A stretch of DNA of 59,847 nt from Patescibacteria group bacterium. GTDB lineage: Bacteria > Patescibacteriota > Minisyncoccia > Phycocordibacterales > JACZSL01. Shown here piece by piece: positions 18,854 to 27,918 of the stretch (its first letter is position 1; every line of letters starts with the position of its first letter). The stretch lies in contig JADFRL010000001.1 in NCBI GenBank assembly GCA_022561335.1, forward strand, positions 1-59,847, given 5' to 3'. The notes beneath the pieces were generated by a model. It did not search any database. It had not been told where the DNA came from and saw only the letters and a program-made list of their open reading frames with translations. Made by a program: the position numbers and the translations under genes.

Positions 18854-20098
18854 TTATTCATACCCCAAGGCTTCGATAGGACTTTTCTTTGATGCCTTTC
18901 TTGCAGGGTAAAGGCCGAACACGACTCCCACAAGGGTTGAAACAGTTATCCCGAGGAGTGCTGCAGACACAGGAAATGTATACTCCCACTGCAGATTTGT
19001 ATACTGAGTAAGTGTAAACGCCACCGTAAAAGAAAGAAACGCTCCAAGTATAATGGCAATAACACCACCTAAGCCGGTGAGCATTGCCGCCTCAAGCAAG
19101 AACTGAAAAAGAATATCCCTATCAGTTGCTCCAACAGCTTTCCGAAGTCCCACTTCTTTAGTTCTCTCTGTTACAGAAACAAGCATGATGTTCATAACTC
19201 CAACACCAGCTACAACCAAAGCGATAGCAACCACCGAGGATAAAAATACAGTCAGAGCTCCAATAATTGACTTAATCTGCTCTACAGCCGCCTGTGAAGT
19301 AACGACAAAAAAATCATCCTTATCTGGGTCAGTTATGTTATGTGATTGTCTAAGTGTAGCCTCAATATCAACAACGGTCCGGGCAACATTTTCGGGATTG
19401 TCGACTTTGGTAATAATCTCGTTAAAATAATCGATGCCGAGTAAATATGCCTGCGCTGTTGTATAGGGAACAATTGCAAGGTCATTCAAATTAAAGAGTG
19501 AAACTTGCCCCTTTTCTGCAAGAACTCCAACCACTCGAAATTTTCTGCCTTTGATCTTAATAAATTTCCCAACCGCATCACTCTCTCCAAACAATTCTCT
19601 TCTCACTTTAGATCCTATGACAACAACGCTGGCGCGATCTTTAATATCCTGCTCATCAAAAAGTACTCCTTCACCAGGAAAAACATTAAAAGCTGACGAA
19701 ATAAATTCTGCCGAGCCGCCCATGGTCATGGGTCTGTAGGTTTCTCCTTGGTACGAAATACTTCCCGGAACTATGAGTACGGGCATAATATCAACCAGAT
19801 GGGGCACATTACTCTTTTTCTTTAGAAGTTCAACATCTCTTATTTTGAGTGAATCTGAAAAAAGGGTTTGCCCAATATCTGAAGGTCCTTTAGGCTCCTG
19901 TCCCGGCCTAATAGCAATCGTTTCAGCTCCAAAGCCGCTGATCTCATTTAGTATCAGGTTCTCAGCGCCTTGTCCGATAGACATCACCAGAATAATCGAT
20001 GTTATCCCTATAACAATCCCTAAGATGGTAAGACCGGAACGTGTCTTGTTTGTCTTGAGTCCGACAAAGGCAGTTTTTACACTATATTTTAAAGTCAT
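18854..20098 (-). CDS. ABC transporter permease, MacB/FtsX-like
   Basis: 414 aa with the N-terminal TM + large periplasmic domain + 3 C-terminal TM (FtsX fold) pattern. ERTKEVGLRKAVGA motif. Confidence 0.85.
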   Translation of the reverse strand: MTLKYSVKTAFVGLKTNKTRSGLTILGIVIGITSIILVMSIGQGAENLILNEISGFGAETIAIRPGQEPKGPSDIGQTLFSDSLKIRDVELLKKKSNVPHLVDIMPVLIVPGSISYQGETYRPMTMGGSAEFISSAFNVFPGEGVLFDEQDIKDRASVVVIGSKVRRELFGESDAVGKFIKIKGRKFRVVGVLAEKGQVSLFNLNDLAIVPYTTAQAYLLGIDYFNEIITKVDNPENVARTVVDIEATLRQSHNITDPDKDDFFVVTSQAAVEQIKSIIGALTVFLSSVVAIALVVAGVGVMNIMLVSVTERTKEVGLRKAVGATDRDILFQFLLEAAMLTGLGGVIAIILGAFLSFTVAFTLTQYTNLQWEYTFPVSAALLGITVSTLVGVVFGLYPARKASKKSPIEALGYE

Positions 20099-20118
20099 TG
20101 TTTCAATTACATTAAATA

Positions 20119-20811
20119 CTATACTTTGCGTCTGCTTTCCACCCTGTCATCTTTTTCCACCATTCCGTCTTTAATATAGATTATCCGCTGTGCAAATTCA
20201 CTTAAATACTGTTCATGAGTAATTAACACTATAGTGCGCCTTGCCGTATGGAGATCTGCCAGGATTTTGAGAATATCCATGCCAGATTTTGAGTCTAAAT
20301 TTCCCGTCGGCTCATCTGCAAAGATAACCGAAGGATTATTGACAAGCGCACGCGCTATTGCCACTCGCTGCTTCTCGCCTCCTGAAAGCTCCGCAGGATC
20401 ATGTTCAGTCCTATGAGAAAGACCGACTAAATCCAGCACATCTAGAGCCATGGTATTCCACTTTGATTCTTCAACACTCGAATACAAAAGTGGCAGCTTT
20501 ACGTTATCGAGCGCCGAAGTTCGGGGAAGCAAATTAAATGTCTGAAACACAAAACCCATTTTTTTATTCCGCACATGGGCGACTTCATCTTCCCTATAAT
20601 CGTCAATAGTATTGCCATCAAATGTATAGACACCACTGCTCTGGCGATCAAGAAAACCCAGAACGTGAAGCAGTGTGGATTTGCCGGAACCTGATGGTCC
20701 CATGATAGCCACAAACTCACCCTTTTCAATTGATAGCGAAACTCCGCGAAGAGCACGAGTCCCATCCGGGTATGTTTTTTCAATATCTTTTGCAAGAAGC
20801 AGGGGCTTCAT
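20119..20811 (-). CDS. ABC transporter ATP-binding protein (MacB/LolD-type)
   Basis: Walker [10 protein letters not shown], signature [15 protein letters not shown], Walker [12 protein letters not shown]. Confidence 0.9.
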   Translation of the reverse strand: MKPLLLAKDIEKTYPDGTRALRGVSLSIEKGEFVAIMGPSGSGKSTLLHVLGFLDRQSSGVYTFDGNTIDDYREDEVAHVRNKKMGFVFQTFNLLPRTSALDNVKLPLLYSSVEESKWNTMALDVLDLVGLSHRTEHDPAELSGGEKQRVAIARALVNNPSVIFADEPTGNLDSKSGMDILKILADLHTARRTIVLITHEQYLSEFAQRIIYIKDGMVEKDDRVESRRKV

Positions 20812-20823
20812 GAAGACTGCAGT

Positions 20824-22386
20824 CTAGTCATTAATGAAAATAACCACTTTATCTCCTTCATTGATTCCTCTTATTATTTCTATGTTGCCGTCTGAACCTC
20901 TAAGTCCTACCTCAACTTCGACTTCCTCAATTTCTCCATCTACTAAAATTCTGACAATTTTTTTACCTTCTTTCCTGATGACAGCTCGCGATGGTATTGC
21001 AACGACATTCTTCCTAACTCCACTTTCAATATTAATATTGGCTGTCATACCTGATTTTATACGCTCGTCTTCTTTTAGAAATTGCAGTGTCGTTCCATAT
21101 GTTGCAAGCCCATCAATAATATTTTCAGCAGGATCAATATCTGAAATAAACACCTCAAAGGAGACGTCAGCACCATATGCATCAAGGGTTACTCGGGCCT
21201 CGTCATCGACCTGCACTTGCGCTATATCAGCTTCTGGAATCTGAGCCTTAATTTCAAATTGCGACTCCGAGATGAGAACAACAATTTTTTCATTTGCTGT
21301 AATAATTTCACCAACTTTTGCATTCTGTAATGTCACGACTCCAGAAATAGGTGCACGCATTACAGTTTTTGAAAGCTGAACGCTGTACCGCAGAACATTT
21401 GCCTCGGCCTCCTCAACTTTAGCTTTTTGAGCGACAATTTTATCCTCTACGGTTCCGGCAACTGCAAGTATAAGTTCTTGTTTGGAAAGAAACAAAGCTG
21501 ATTCAGCTTTTTTGAATTTTTCGCCGGCTGTCGAAATACTTGAAATAGCGCCATTAATATTCGTGCGTGCCGATGATACATCCACTTTATACGCGTCAAT
21601 AGTAGTTTGGGTTAGCTCTGTAGTCGATTGAGCCGCATTCACAGCAAGAGCAACATCATTTAGAAAAAATTTTATTATATTTAAATTACTCTTGGCTTCT
21701 CCCGTATAAAAAGATAAATCACCGACTTCGGCAAGGTCAATGAGTGATGCTTGCCAGCTCACAAGCGCAGACTCGGCATTCATCCGCCCCTTTTCAATAT
21801 CTAACTTCAACTGCTGGCTAACTATGAAAAAGTTAATTTCCGGATTTATTCCGCTTGGATTGCTTATGAATTGGTCCACTTTATTTCGGATAGCATCGTC
21901 TGATTTTGTCAGTGCATCTTGAATTGTATCCACCACATTGGTCCTTGATTCACCGAGTGATACTTCTGCGTTCAGCACTTTTGCTTCTTCCACCAAAATC
22001 TCCTCTTCACGTGAACCTCTTCTTAGATCATCAAGATTTGCCTGTTGAATTTTTACATTCGCTTCTGCTTGCATCATTTCCGCCACTATCTCGCCCTGTT
22101 CAAGTTGAACAAGAATTGCACCCTTATTTACGATATCCCCTACATCTACAAATACGGCTGCCACCTTACCCCCTTTCTCAAAAGCAAGCTCGACGCTTTG
22201 AATGGGTACGACCCTTCCCGTAACACTCACTTCAAAGACAATATCAGCTCGCTCTGCTATCACAAACTCAATATCAGACTGTTTCTCTCCGCGGAAAAAA
22301 GAAAAACCTATAAGTATAATAATCGCTGATACGCCCGCTGTGTAAACCAAAACTTTTTTTGTACTCATATAAAAAAGAAATGACAC
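20824..22386 (-). CDS. Efflux periplasmic adaptor (HlyD/MacA-type membrane fusion protein)
   Basis: N-terminal TM, long coiled-coil, barrel-sandwich motifs. Same operon as the MacB-like pair. Confidence 0.75.
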   Translation of the reverse strand: MSFLFYMSTKKVLVYTAGVSAIIILIGFSFFRGEKQSDIEFVIAERADIVFEVSVTGRVVPIQSVELAFEKGGKVAAVFVDVGDIVNKGAILVQLEQGEIVAEMMQAEANVKIQQANLDDLRRGSREEEILVEEAKVLNAEVSLGESRTNVVDTIQDALTKSDDAIRNKVDQFISNPSGINPEINFFIVSQQLKLDIEKGRMNAESALVSWQASLIDLAEVGDLSFYTGEAKSNLNIIKFFLNDVALAVNAAQSTTELTQTTIDAYKVDVSSARTNINGAISSISTAGEKFKKAESALFLSKQELILAVAGTVEDKIVAQKAKVEEAEANVLRYSVQLSKTVMRAPISGVVTLQNAKVGEIITANEKIVVLISESQFEIKAQIPEADIAQVQVDDEARVTLDAYGADVSFEVFISDIDPAENIIDGLATYGTTLQFLKEDERIKSGMTANINIESGVRKNVVAIPSRAVIRKEGKKIVRILVDGEIEEVEVEVGLRGSDGNIEIIRGINEGDKVVIFIND

Positions 22387-22467
22387 AATATATGCATTGT
22401 ATCATTTCTTTATGATAATTTTCAGGACAAGATATTAAATTAGACCCAACACCCTACCCACAGCACC

Positions 22468-22938
22468 TCAAGCAGAACAATTAAAGCTGTACCATTTACC
22501 AAAGTCTGGATTGAGAAAAGCCGACATTATGAGATTTATGATAAGCCACGCGGCAAGAATGACAAAAAGTCCGATAAACACAGTCCAGAAGATACTCTTG
22601 CCTTTTGATATCTGCCCTTCATTGGATCCTGCGGTAACCAAAAGAAAGCCGGCATATACAAACATCAACACTGCGACAATTATTGCGAAGAAAACGAGGA
22701 AGTTAATAATATTCTGAGCCGTTTCTAGTAGAGTACACAAATTGCAGCTGTTTCTGCCAGAAGCATCAAAACCGTCACATGCGACAATACGCCCATCAAA
22801 ACTGCTCGAGAGCTGCGCATAAGCAATTGGAGCTTGAGTGAGCAGTGCTACCCCAATAATTACAAAAAATGCTGCAATAGCTATCCAAAATAAAACATTA
22901 GTATCCGATTTTGCCTTTGCATTAAATAGATTAAACAT
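22468..22938 (-). CDS. TrbC/VirB2-like type IV secretion pilin-like protein (CPR-type)
   Basis: Signal/TM segment, Cys-containing segment (ACDG..SCNLCTLL), NIINFL, then two TM helices separated by a KGK-type loop. Matches my recollection of the T4SS_pilin family. Confidence 0.5.
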   Translation of the reverse strand: MFNLFNAKAKSDTNVLFWIAIAAFFVIIGVALLTQAPIAYAQLSSSFDGRIVACDGFDASGRNSCNLCTLLETAQNIINFLVFFAIIVAVLMFVYAGFLLVTAGSNEGQISKGKSIFWTVFIGLFVILAAWLIINLIMSAFLNPDFGKWYSFNCSA

Positions 22939-22987
22939 CTATCGTGAATTATTCAATAGTCATTTAATTATACAACAGAACTCCAGA

Positions 22988-23476
22988 CTATAGCCATCGT
23001 CTAACGCTCTTTTTGTATTTCAAATAGTCTTCGCCAAATTTTTGTTCCAAGTATGCCTCCTCCCGGAAAATGACACCCTTGTACATCATCCATAAAACAA
23101 ACGGAAGAAAAATAAACGGCCACCACGTATTTACGGCCACCGTGACGCCAATATAAATAACGGTGAACGCAAGATACATAGGATTACGAGAGTACTTAAA
23201 AGGGCCAGCAGTAACTACATTGGATGTTGATGTTCTCGGATCTGGCTCTTCACCAAACTTTTTGAACGCGCTCACTGCGGCAAACATTAAGAAAACACCA
23301 ACAAAAGTAAGCACCAGTCCAAAGGGGACATTGAATGAGCTGCCCGGTAACATGGGGAAATGCTTCCAAAACCGAAGTGCAATACCCAAAAAAAGCGGAA
23401 CAAGATAAATTATGGGAGGCAAGAGAATCACACCGGGATTATCTGTTTGCCCTTCTCTCGATTCTGCATCTCTCAT
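22988..23476 (-). CDS. Isoprenylcysteine carboxyl / phospholipid methyltransferase family membrane protein
   Basis: SRNPMYLAFTVIYIG and FREEAYLEQKFGEDYLKYKKSVRRW are characteristic of the family. Confidence 0.7.
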   Translation of the reverse strand: MRDAESREGQTDNPGVILLPPIIYLVPLFLGIALRFWKHFPMLPGSSFNVPFGLVLTFVGVFLMFAAVSAFKKFGEEPDPRTSTSNVVTAGPFKYSRNPMYLAFTVIYIGVTVAVNTWWPFIFLPFVLWMMYKGVIFREEAYLEQKFGEDYLKYKKSVRRWL

Positions 23477-23598
23477 AATATCAAAACTATACCAGAACTT
23501 CCGCTCTCAAAAAAGACTTTGTTTAAACTTAGATTGTACATAAATACACCACCAGATATGGCAAGCATAACAGCGCCTATGACTAAAAGCAGCTTCAT
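23473..23598 (-). CDS. Small membrane peptide (41 aa), stop overlaps the downstream start (ATGA)
   Basis: GGAG lies 6 nt upstream of the ATG at 23598. The longer 106-aa ORF-track version runs through a terminator-like hairpin. Confidence 0.3.
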   Translation of the reverse strand: MKLLLVIGAVMLAISGGVFMYNLSLNKVFFESGSSGIVLIL

Positions 23599-23940
23599 TT
23601 CTTCTCCCACTTTCTTTCTATAACGAGACCTTAGAAAATAAGGTTTTGATAAAGCAGCTGACCTGAAACATGAAGAACCAAAAAAAACGAAAAAGCCGCC
23701 TTGCAGCGGTTTCTCCGTTGTACCTGTTTCAACTAGCAAGCTAATCAAACCAGATACGCAGTCCATGATAAATACAGAGCCAACATTATGCAACCCGGAT
23801 AAAACCTTGAATCGTTAATAACCTATGGATAACCTCTGGAAAAATATTGAGATCCGCACAGTATATAGTCCAAAAATAGCGGTACTTATCCACTACTTTC
23901 TTTTTTATCAGTTACTAGGACATGCTATAGGGCAAAGAGC

Positions 23941-23968
23941 AACCCTAGGAGTACACCCTCCTAGGGTT
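23941..23968 (-). terminator. 11-bp hairpin AACCCTAGGAG-N6-CTCCTAGGGTT directly after the stop of ORF 23977..24348
   Basis: Read directly. The minus-strand tail is TTGCTCTTTGCC. Confidence 0.45.
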
Positions 23969-23976
23969 AAGGCCTC

Positions 23977-24348
23977 TCAAACACGCTTCCCGTTGTCCGT
24001 TGCAAGCCGTGGCCACAATCTTTTTGACAGTGGTCTTCTCCCAGATTCATCCAGAGGAAGGATGTCGCAGTAGTCGGTAAACACCAGCCACCGCCGACAC
24101 TCTCCCTGTAGGACAAACGGTTTGTTAGACCTCGTATCAGTCCACTGGCCATACTTATCAAGCCAGCGTACCTGCTGCCATGTGCCGTCCACGCACACCC
24201 TCCCCTGTGACTGCGCTGTAATAGTCGCACCACATTTACACTGAAGAGGTGCTGGCATGCACTCCATTAGCACTTCAGCAGGCAGTTTCAAATACTCGTT
24301 ACATCTCGGGCACTTGCCAATAGCCCCAATAAAAACCTCCTCCTCCAT
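23977..24348 (-). CDS. Hypothetical Cys-rich (zinc-ribbon-like) protein, GC-rich
   Basis: CPRC..(18)..CKC pattern, strong AAGGAGG 7 nt upstream of the ATG, own hairpin terminator. Composition is atypical for the window. Confidence 0.45.
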   Translation of the reverse strand: MEEEVFIGAIGKCPRCNEYLKLPAEVLMECMPAPLQCKCGATITAQSQGRVCVDGTWQQVRWLDKYGQWTDTRSNKPFVLQGECRRWLVFTDYCDILPLDESGRRPLSKRLWPRLATDNGKRV

Positions 24349-24590
24349 GGGAACCTCCTTGGAAATCTCTCTAGCTTTACCCTACTAAAAGCTACTGTAA
24401 AAGCAAGCTGTTTTTAATTGACTCCAGAATTTTTGAATGGCATTGCTTATAAGTTCAAATGTATACGTAAGTAAAAATTTACCGATTATAGAAAAAGCTG
24501 CTTTCTGCACCAACCGACAATGCTCAATCCTACAGACATAGACTCAAAATTGTTGCCGAAATGTAAAATTTTAGGCACAATACAATATAT

Positions 24591-24661
24591 TGCCGGATCG
24601 TCTAATGGTAGGACACATGCCTCTGGAGCATGGTATCTTGGTTCGAGTCCAAGTCCGGCAG
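24591..24661 (+). tRNA. tRNA-Gln (anticodon CUG)
   Basis: Hand-folded cloverleaf: acceptor UGCCGGA/UCCGGCA (U1-A72, as in bacterial tRNA-Gln), D stem GUCU/GGAC, anticodon arm CAUGC-CUCUGGA-GCAUG, T arm CUUGG-UUCGAGU-CCAAG. No encoded CCA. Confidence 0.9.
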
Positions 24662-24727
24662 CACTTCGACAAGCTCAGTGCAAACTGAGTGGAGAAGTGA
24701 GCTGAATTTATTGAAGCTCATGAGATA
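24644..24727 (+). repeat. Direct repeat R1 (84 nt). Its first 18 nt are the 3' end of tRNA-Gln
   Basis: 81/84 identical to 24982-25065. Contains hairpin CTCAGT-GCAA-ACTGAG. Confidence 0.9.
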
Positions 24728-24980
24728 TTTTGTATATATAATTTTGTGTGAAAACAAAGGTCTCTACACTGGTTTCAGTACCAATGTAGAGAAACGATTT
24801 GCTAAGCACAAAAGAGGTAAGGGTAGTTCGTATACGCAAGCAAATAAAGCATTGAAGATCGTATATACAGAAGAGTTTTCAACTAAAGGAGAAGCTTTGA
24901 GTCGAGAAGCTCAAATTAAAAGGTGGAGGAGAGAAAAGAAACTGAATCTCATACAATTCGGAAAACTAAAAATTTCATAA
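24720..24980 (+). CDS. GIY-YIG nuclease superfamily protein (small stand-alone UPF0213/COG2827-like)
   Basis: YFVYIILCENKGLYTGFSTNVEKRFAKH (GIY..YTG), later REAQIKRW. The ATG lies within the last 8 nt of R1 and the stop is 1 nt before R2. Confidence 0.8.
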   Translation: MRYFVYIILCENKGLYTGFSTNVEKRFAKHKRGKGSSYTQANKALKIVYTEEFSTKGEALSREAQIKRWRREKKLNLIQFGKLKIS

Positions 24981-24981
24981 C

Positions 24982-25065
24982 CGAGTCCAAGTCCGGCAGC
25001 ACTTCGACAAGCTCAGTGCAAGCTGAGTAGAGAAGTGAGCTGAATTTATTGAAGCTCTTGAGATA
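24982..25065 (+). repeat. Direct repeat R2 (84 nt), starts with a second copy of the tRNA-Gln 3' end
   Basis: See R1. The triplet matching the GIY-YIG ATG is TTG here, followed by TAG two codons later. Confidence 0.9.
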
Positions 25066-25142
25066 GGTTCGGAGTACGAAGAGCATCGAAACCTACGAGT
25101 TCTATTCCGAAATAGCATACCTGCTGAGTGCAGTACCAGAAA

Positions 25143-25175
25143 GAAAAATCACTAAAGTGGAGTGATTTTTCTTTT
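25143..25175 (+). terminator. Intrinsic terminator (11-bp stem GAAAAATCACT/AGTGATTTTTC + TTTT)
   Basis: Read directly. Downstream of tRNA-Gln/R2. Confidence 0.6.
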
Positions 25176-25207
25176 ACTCTCCTAAATTAATTTAGGAGAG
25201 TTTTATT
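25176..25207 (+). terminator. Perfect 26-nt palindrome ACTCTCCTAAATT/AATTTAGGAGAGT followed by TTTTATT (second terminator or operator)
   Basis: Read directly. Located 60 nt upstream of the ABC ATPase start. Confidence 0.45.
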
Positions 25208-25267
25208 GACCCAAAGACTATGTTGTACTTTTTGTTAAATTTCCCTTACTCACGTATACTTATAGAC

Positions 25268-25990
25268 ATGTTAGAAATCAAAAATCTTACAAAAACATTT
25301 GACGAACTAAAGGCGGTGGACGATGTGAGTGTTACCATCAAGAAAGGTGAAATTTTTTCCCTCATTGGTCCCAATGGTTCTGGAAAGACCACTATTATTA
25401 AAGTAATTGCAGGACTGCTTCAACCAACCGGAGGAGAGGTGGTAGTGTATGGATCAAATATCTCCGAAGACCCTATCAAATCGAAGTCCCAGATCGGGTA
25501 TATTCCTGATGAACCCACGGTGTGGTCATCAATGACAGGTGAAGAATTCCTTCATTTCACGGGCGCCTTGTTTGGTATTTCAAACGAAGCGCGGGCGAAA
25601 AAAATTTCAGAACTCCTATCACTTTTCAAGCTTGAAGGAATAGAGAAGAATTACTTTGAAAATTACTCACGAGGAAACAAGCAAAAATTTACTATCATTG
25701 CAGCTCTCCTTCACTCGCCTAAGATTCTTCTTATTGACGAACCGATTGTCGGACTTGATCCGCATAGCGCTGAAATAGCAAAAAATACGTTTCGAGAATT
25801 TGCAAACGATGGAGGGCTTATTCTTATGGCAACCCACACTCTCACTGTGGCAGAAGAAATTTCCGACCGCATAGGAGTACTCAAACAGGGAGTATTGATT
25901 GAGAGTGGAACTTTCGAGTATTTAAAGGGCGTTTCAAAACTTGAAGGAGGGGCAACGCTTGAGCAGGTTTACAACGCCCTTGTTGTCTAA
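25268..25990 (+). CDS. ABC transporter ATP-binding protein
   Basis: Walker A GPNGSGKTT, signature YSRGNKQKFTIIAALL (degenerate), Walker B LLIDEPIVGLD. The ATG at 25268 (MLEIKNL) is preferred. Confidence 0.85.
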   Translation: MLEIKNLTKTFDELKAVDDVSVTIKKGEIFSLIGPNGSGKTTIIKVIAGLLQPTGGEVVVYGSNISEDPIKSKSQIGYIPDEPTVWSSMTGEEFLHFTGALFGISNEARAKKISELLSLFKLEGIEKNYFENYSRGNKQKFTIIAALLHSPKILLIDEPIVGLDPHSAEIAKNTFREFANDGGLILMATHTLTVAEEISDRIGVLKQGVLIESGTFEYLKGVSKLEGGATLEQVYNALVV

Positions 25991-25994
25991 ATAT

Positions 25995-27680
25995 ATGACA
26001 GAGCTCCTTTTACAATATTATCGAAATAGATTTACTCGATATTTTCAAAATCAAAAACTCGCAAAACTTATAACAGTCTTTCTGTTTCTCTCAATTTTCG
26101 GCGCTCTTTCCGTCGGGATATATTTTTTTGTAAGAGGAGGACTTCTGTTCACTGTGAACACTCCTTATTTTAAAGATGTCCTCCCTTTATTTCTGTATGA
26201 AATGTTTCTCCTTATCATTGGGTTCCTTGTCATCTTGAGCGCAAGCATCACGGCATTGTATAGCCTTTTCAAACGTGAGAATAACGAATGGGTTATTGCA
26301 TCACCTCGGTTCCACACTGTCCCAACCTATACGGCTTACAGAGTATTTCTCTCTTCACTCTGGCCGTTTGTTCTCATTGCACTCCCTACTCTTTTAGCAA
26401 TGAATACGGTCTTTGGTATTGGGTTATGGAATATAATTGTCGCACTTGTCGCAATACTATTTTTTGTTGCATTTCTTGTATTCGGAACAATGTTCACGAT
26501 TATTATTATTGCATACATTCTCTCCAAAATTAAAATATCAAAAAAGAGTGTTCTTTCATTTTCTCGTCTTGCAGCCACCTGTCTTATTCTTGTTACATTA
26601 CTTGCCGCATTTAGCTGGAACCAAGCATTAGGGGGTGACATTATCGCACTTTTCCAAGCAGATGACCTAACTCAAGAGATAGCAACAATAGGCCCCATTG
26701 CTGAGAGATTTAAAGTCTTCCCGTCTGATCCGCTTGCAACCCTCCTTTTTCAAATACAAACAAAAAGTAACGAGAGCACCCTGGCGCTTCTTGGAGAGAT
26801 TGTTGCACTACTTATTATAAGTATGCTGCTCTTTACGTGGTCAAAAAAATTCTATTTGTCTCTCTGGCAGAAACTTCAGGAAAATAGTTTTGTTGCCAAA
26901 TCGCGAACGACGGGGAGAGTTCCTAAAAGCAGCTTTATACGATTTTTTAAAAGCCCTCTTTCGGCAATATATACGAAAGAGTGGCTTATAATGACGCGAA
27001 ACATTCGCAATGCGATGTGGCTCTTCTTTCTTATGATGCTTCTTTTCATTCAGACAGGATTAAACTTTGTGATGGGAAAAAACATCGCTGTGCATCAACT
27101 TAATATCGAATTATTCCCTAGTATTGTGCAAATTCTTCAGTATGCCACTATTGCTTACTTTATCAGCGCTTTTGTTATTCGTTTTGCACTCCCCTCATTT
27201 AGTACCGAACGCAAAACAGCCTGGATTCTCGCAAGTGCACCTATCGATATAGCAAAGATGTTCTGGTCAAAGTTTTGGTTTTTTAATATAATCTTTCTCG
27301 TTCTCGGCTTCGCCACTTTATTTGTAAACTTTTTTTTCCTTCATCTCAATATCGGCTCAGCCGGTTTTCTGTTTTTCCTCTCATCCATCTCAATTATTTT
27401 TATTACGACACTTGGTCTAAGCCTCGGCGCGATTTTCCCCAATTTCAACACCGATGACCCGCAGGTAATTGCCACGTCATTTCCGGGACTTATTTTTATT
27501 TCCCTCTCGCTTTCATACGGCGCGCTTGGTGCTTATCTTTTCAACGTCACTCTTATTAAAGGAGTATTGTTCCCTCTTTTCAGTTTTATGGTTATTTCAC
27601 TTCTTGTCATTGCTTTCATGCTCTACATTTCTCCGCGTTCCTTGCACCACACTGAGTTCGTTCGAAAATTTACTCGTTGA
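25995..27680 (+). CDS. Polytopic membrane protein, putative ABC exporter permease partner
   Basis: About 560 aa with 12 or more hydrophobic helices. The ATG at 25995 is 5 nt after the ATPase stop. Confidence 0.55.
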   Translation: MTELLLQYYRNRFTRYFQNQKLAKLITVFLFLSIFGALSVGIYFFVRGGLLFTVNTPYFKDVLPLFLYEMFLLIIGFLVILSASITALYSLFKRENNEWVIASPRFHTVPTYTAYRVFLSSLWPFVLIALPTLLAMNTVFGIGLWNIIVALVAILFFVAFLVFGTMFTIIIIAYILSKIKISKKSVLSFSRLAATCLILVTLLAAFSWNQALGGDIIALFQADDLTQEIATIGPIAERFKVFPSDPLATLLFQIQTKSNESTLALLGEIVALLIISMLLFTWSKKFYLSLWQKLQENSFVAKSRTTGRVPKSSFIRFFKSPLSAIYTKEWLIMTRNIRNAMWLFFLMMLLFIQTGLNFVMGKNIAVHQLNIELFPSIVQILQYATIAYFISAFVIRFALPSFSTERKTAWILASAPIDIAKMFWSKFWFFNIIFLVLGFATLFVNFFFLHLNIGSAGFLFFLSSISIIFITTLGLSLGAIFPNFNTDDPQVIATSFPGLIFISLSLSYGALGAYLFNVTLIKGVLFPLFSFMVISLLVIAFMLYISPRSLHHTEFVRKFTR

Positions 27681-27918
27681 AAATATAGAGATACAACTGT
27701 CTCAATTTGATATACTGAAATTACCTGAAATACCCCTCAACGGCTTGCCCAAGTTTGGTTGTAGACCGTGGGTGCCAGAGAGCTTGTGACAGTGACCGTG
27801 ATGAGTCAACACAGCGATATTTTTAATGAGTCAAGTAATCGAGTCCTTGTTCGAGCATGCTATTCAATCGCACGAAATGCGTCGTAATTACAACATCTCG
27901 CTGTAATACAATTAACTT

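Noticed and set aside
23473-23793. Full 106-aa version of the ORF upstream of the methyltransferase
   Set aside because: Its N-terminal two thirds cross a terminator-like hairpin plus a long U tract (about 23680-23716) and look non-protein-like. Only the last 41 codons, which have a GGAG, are retained.
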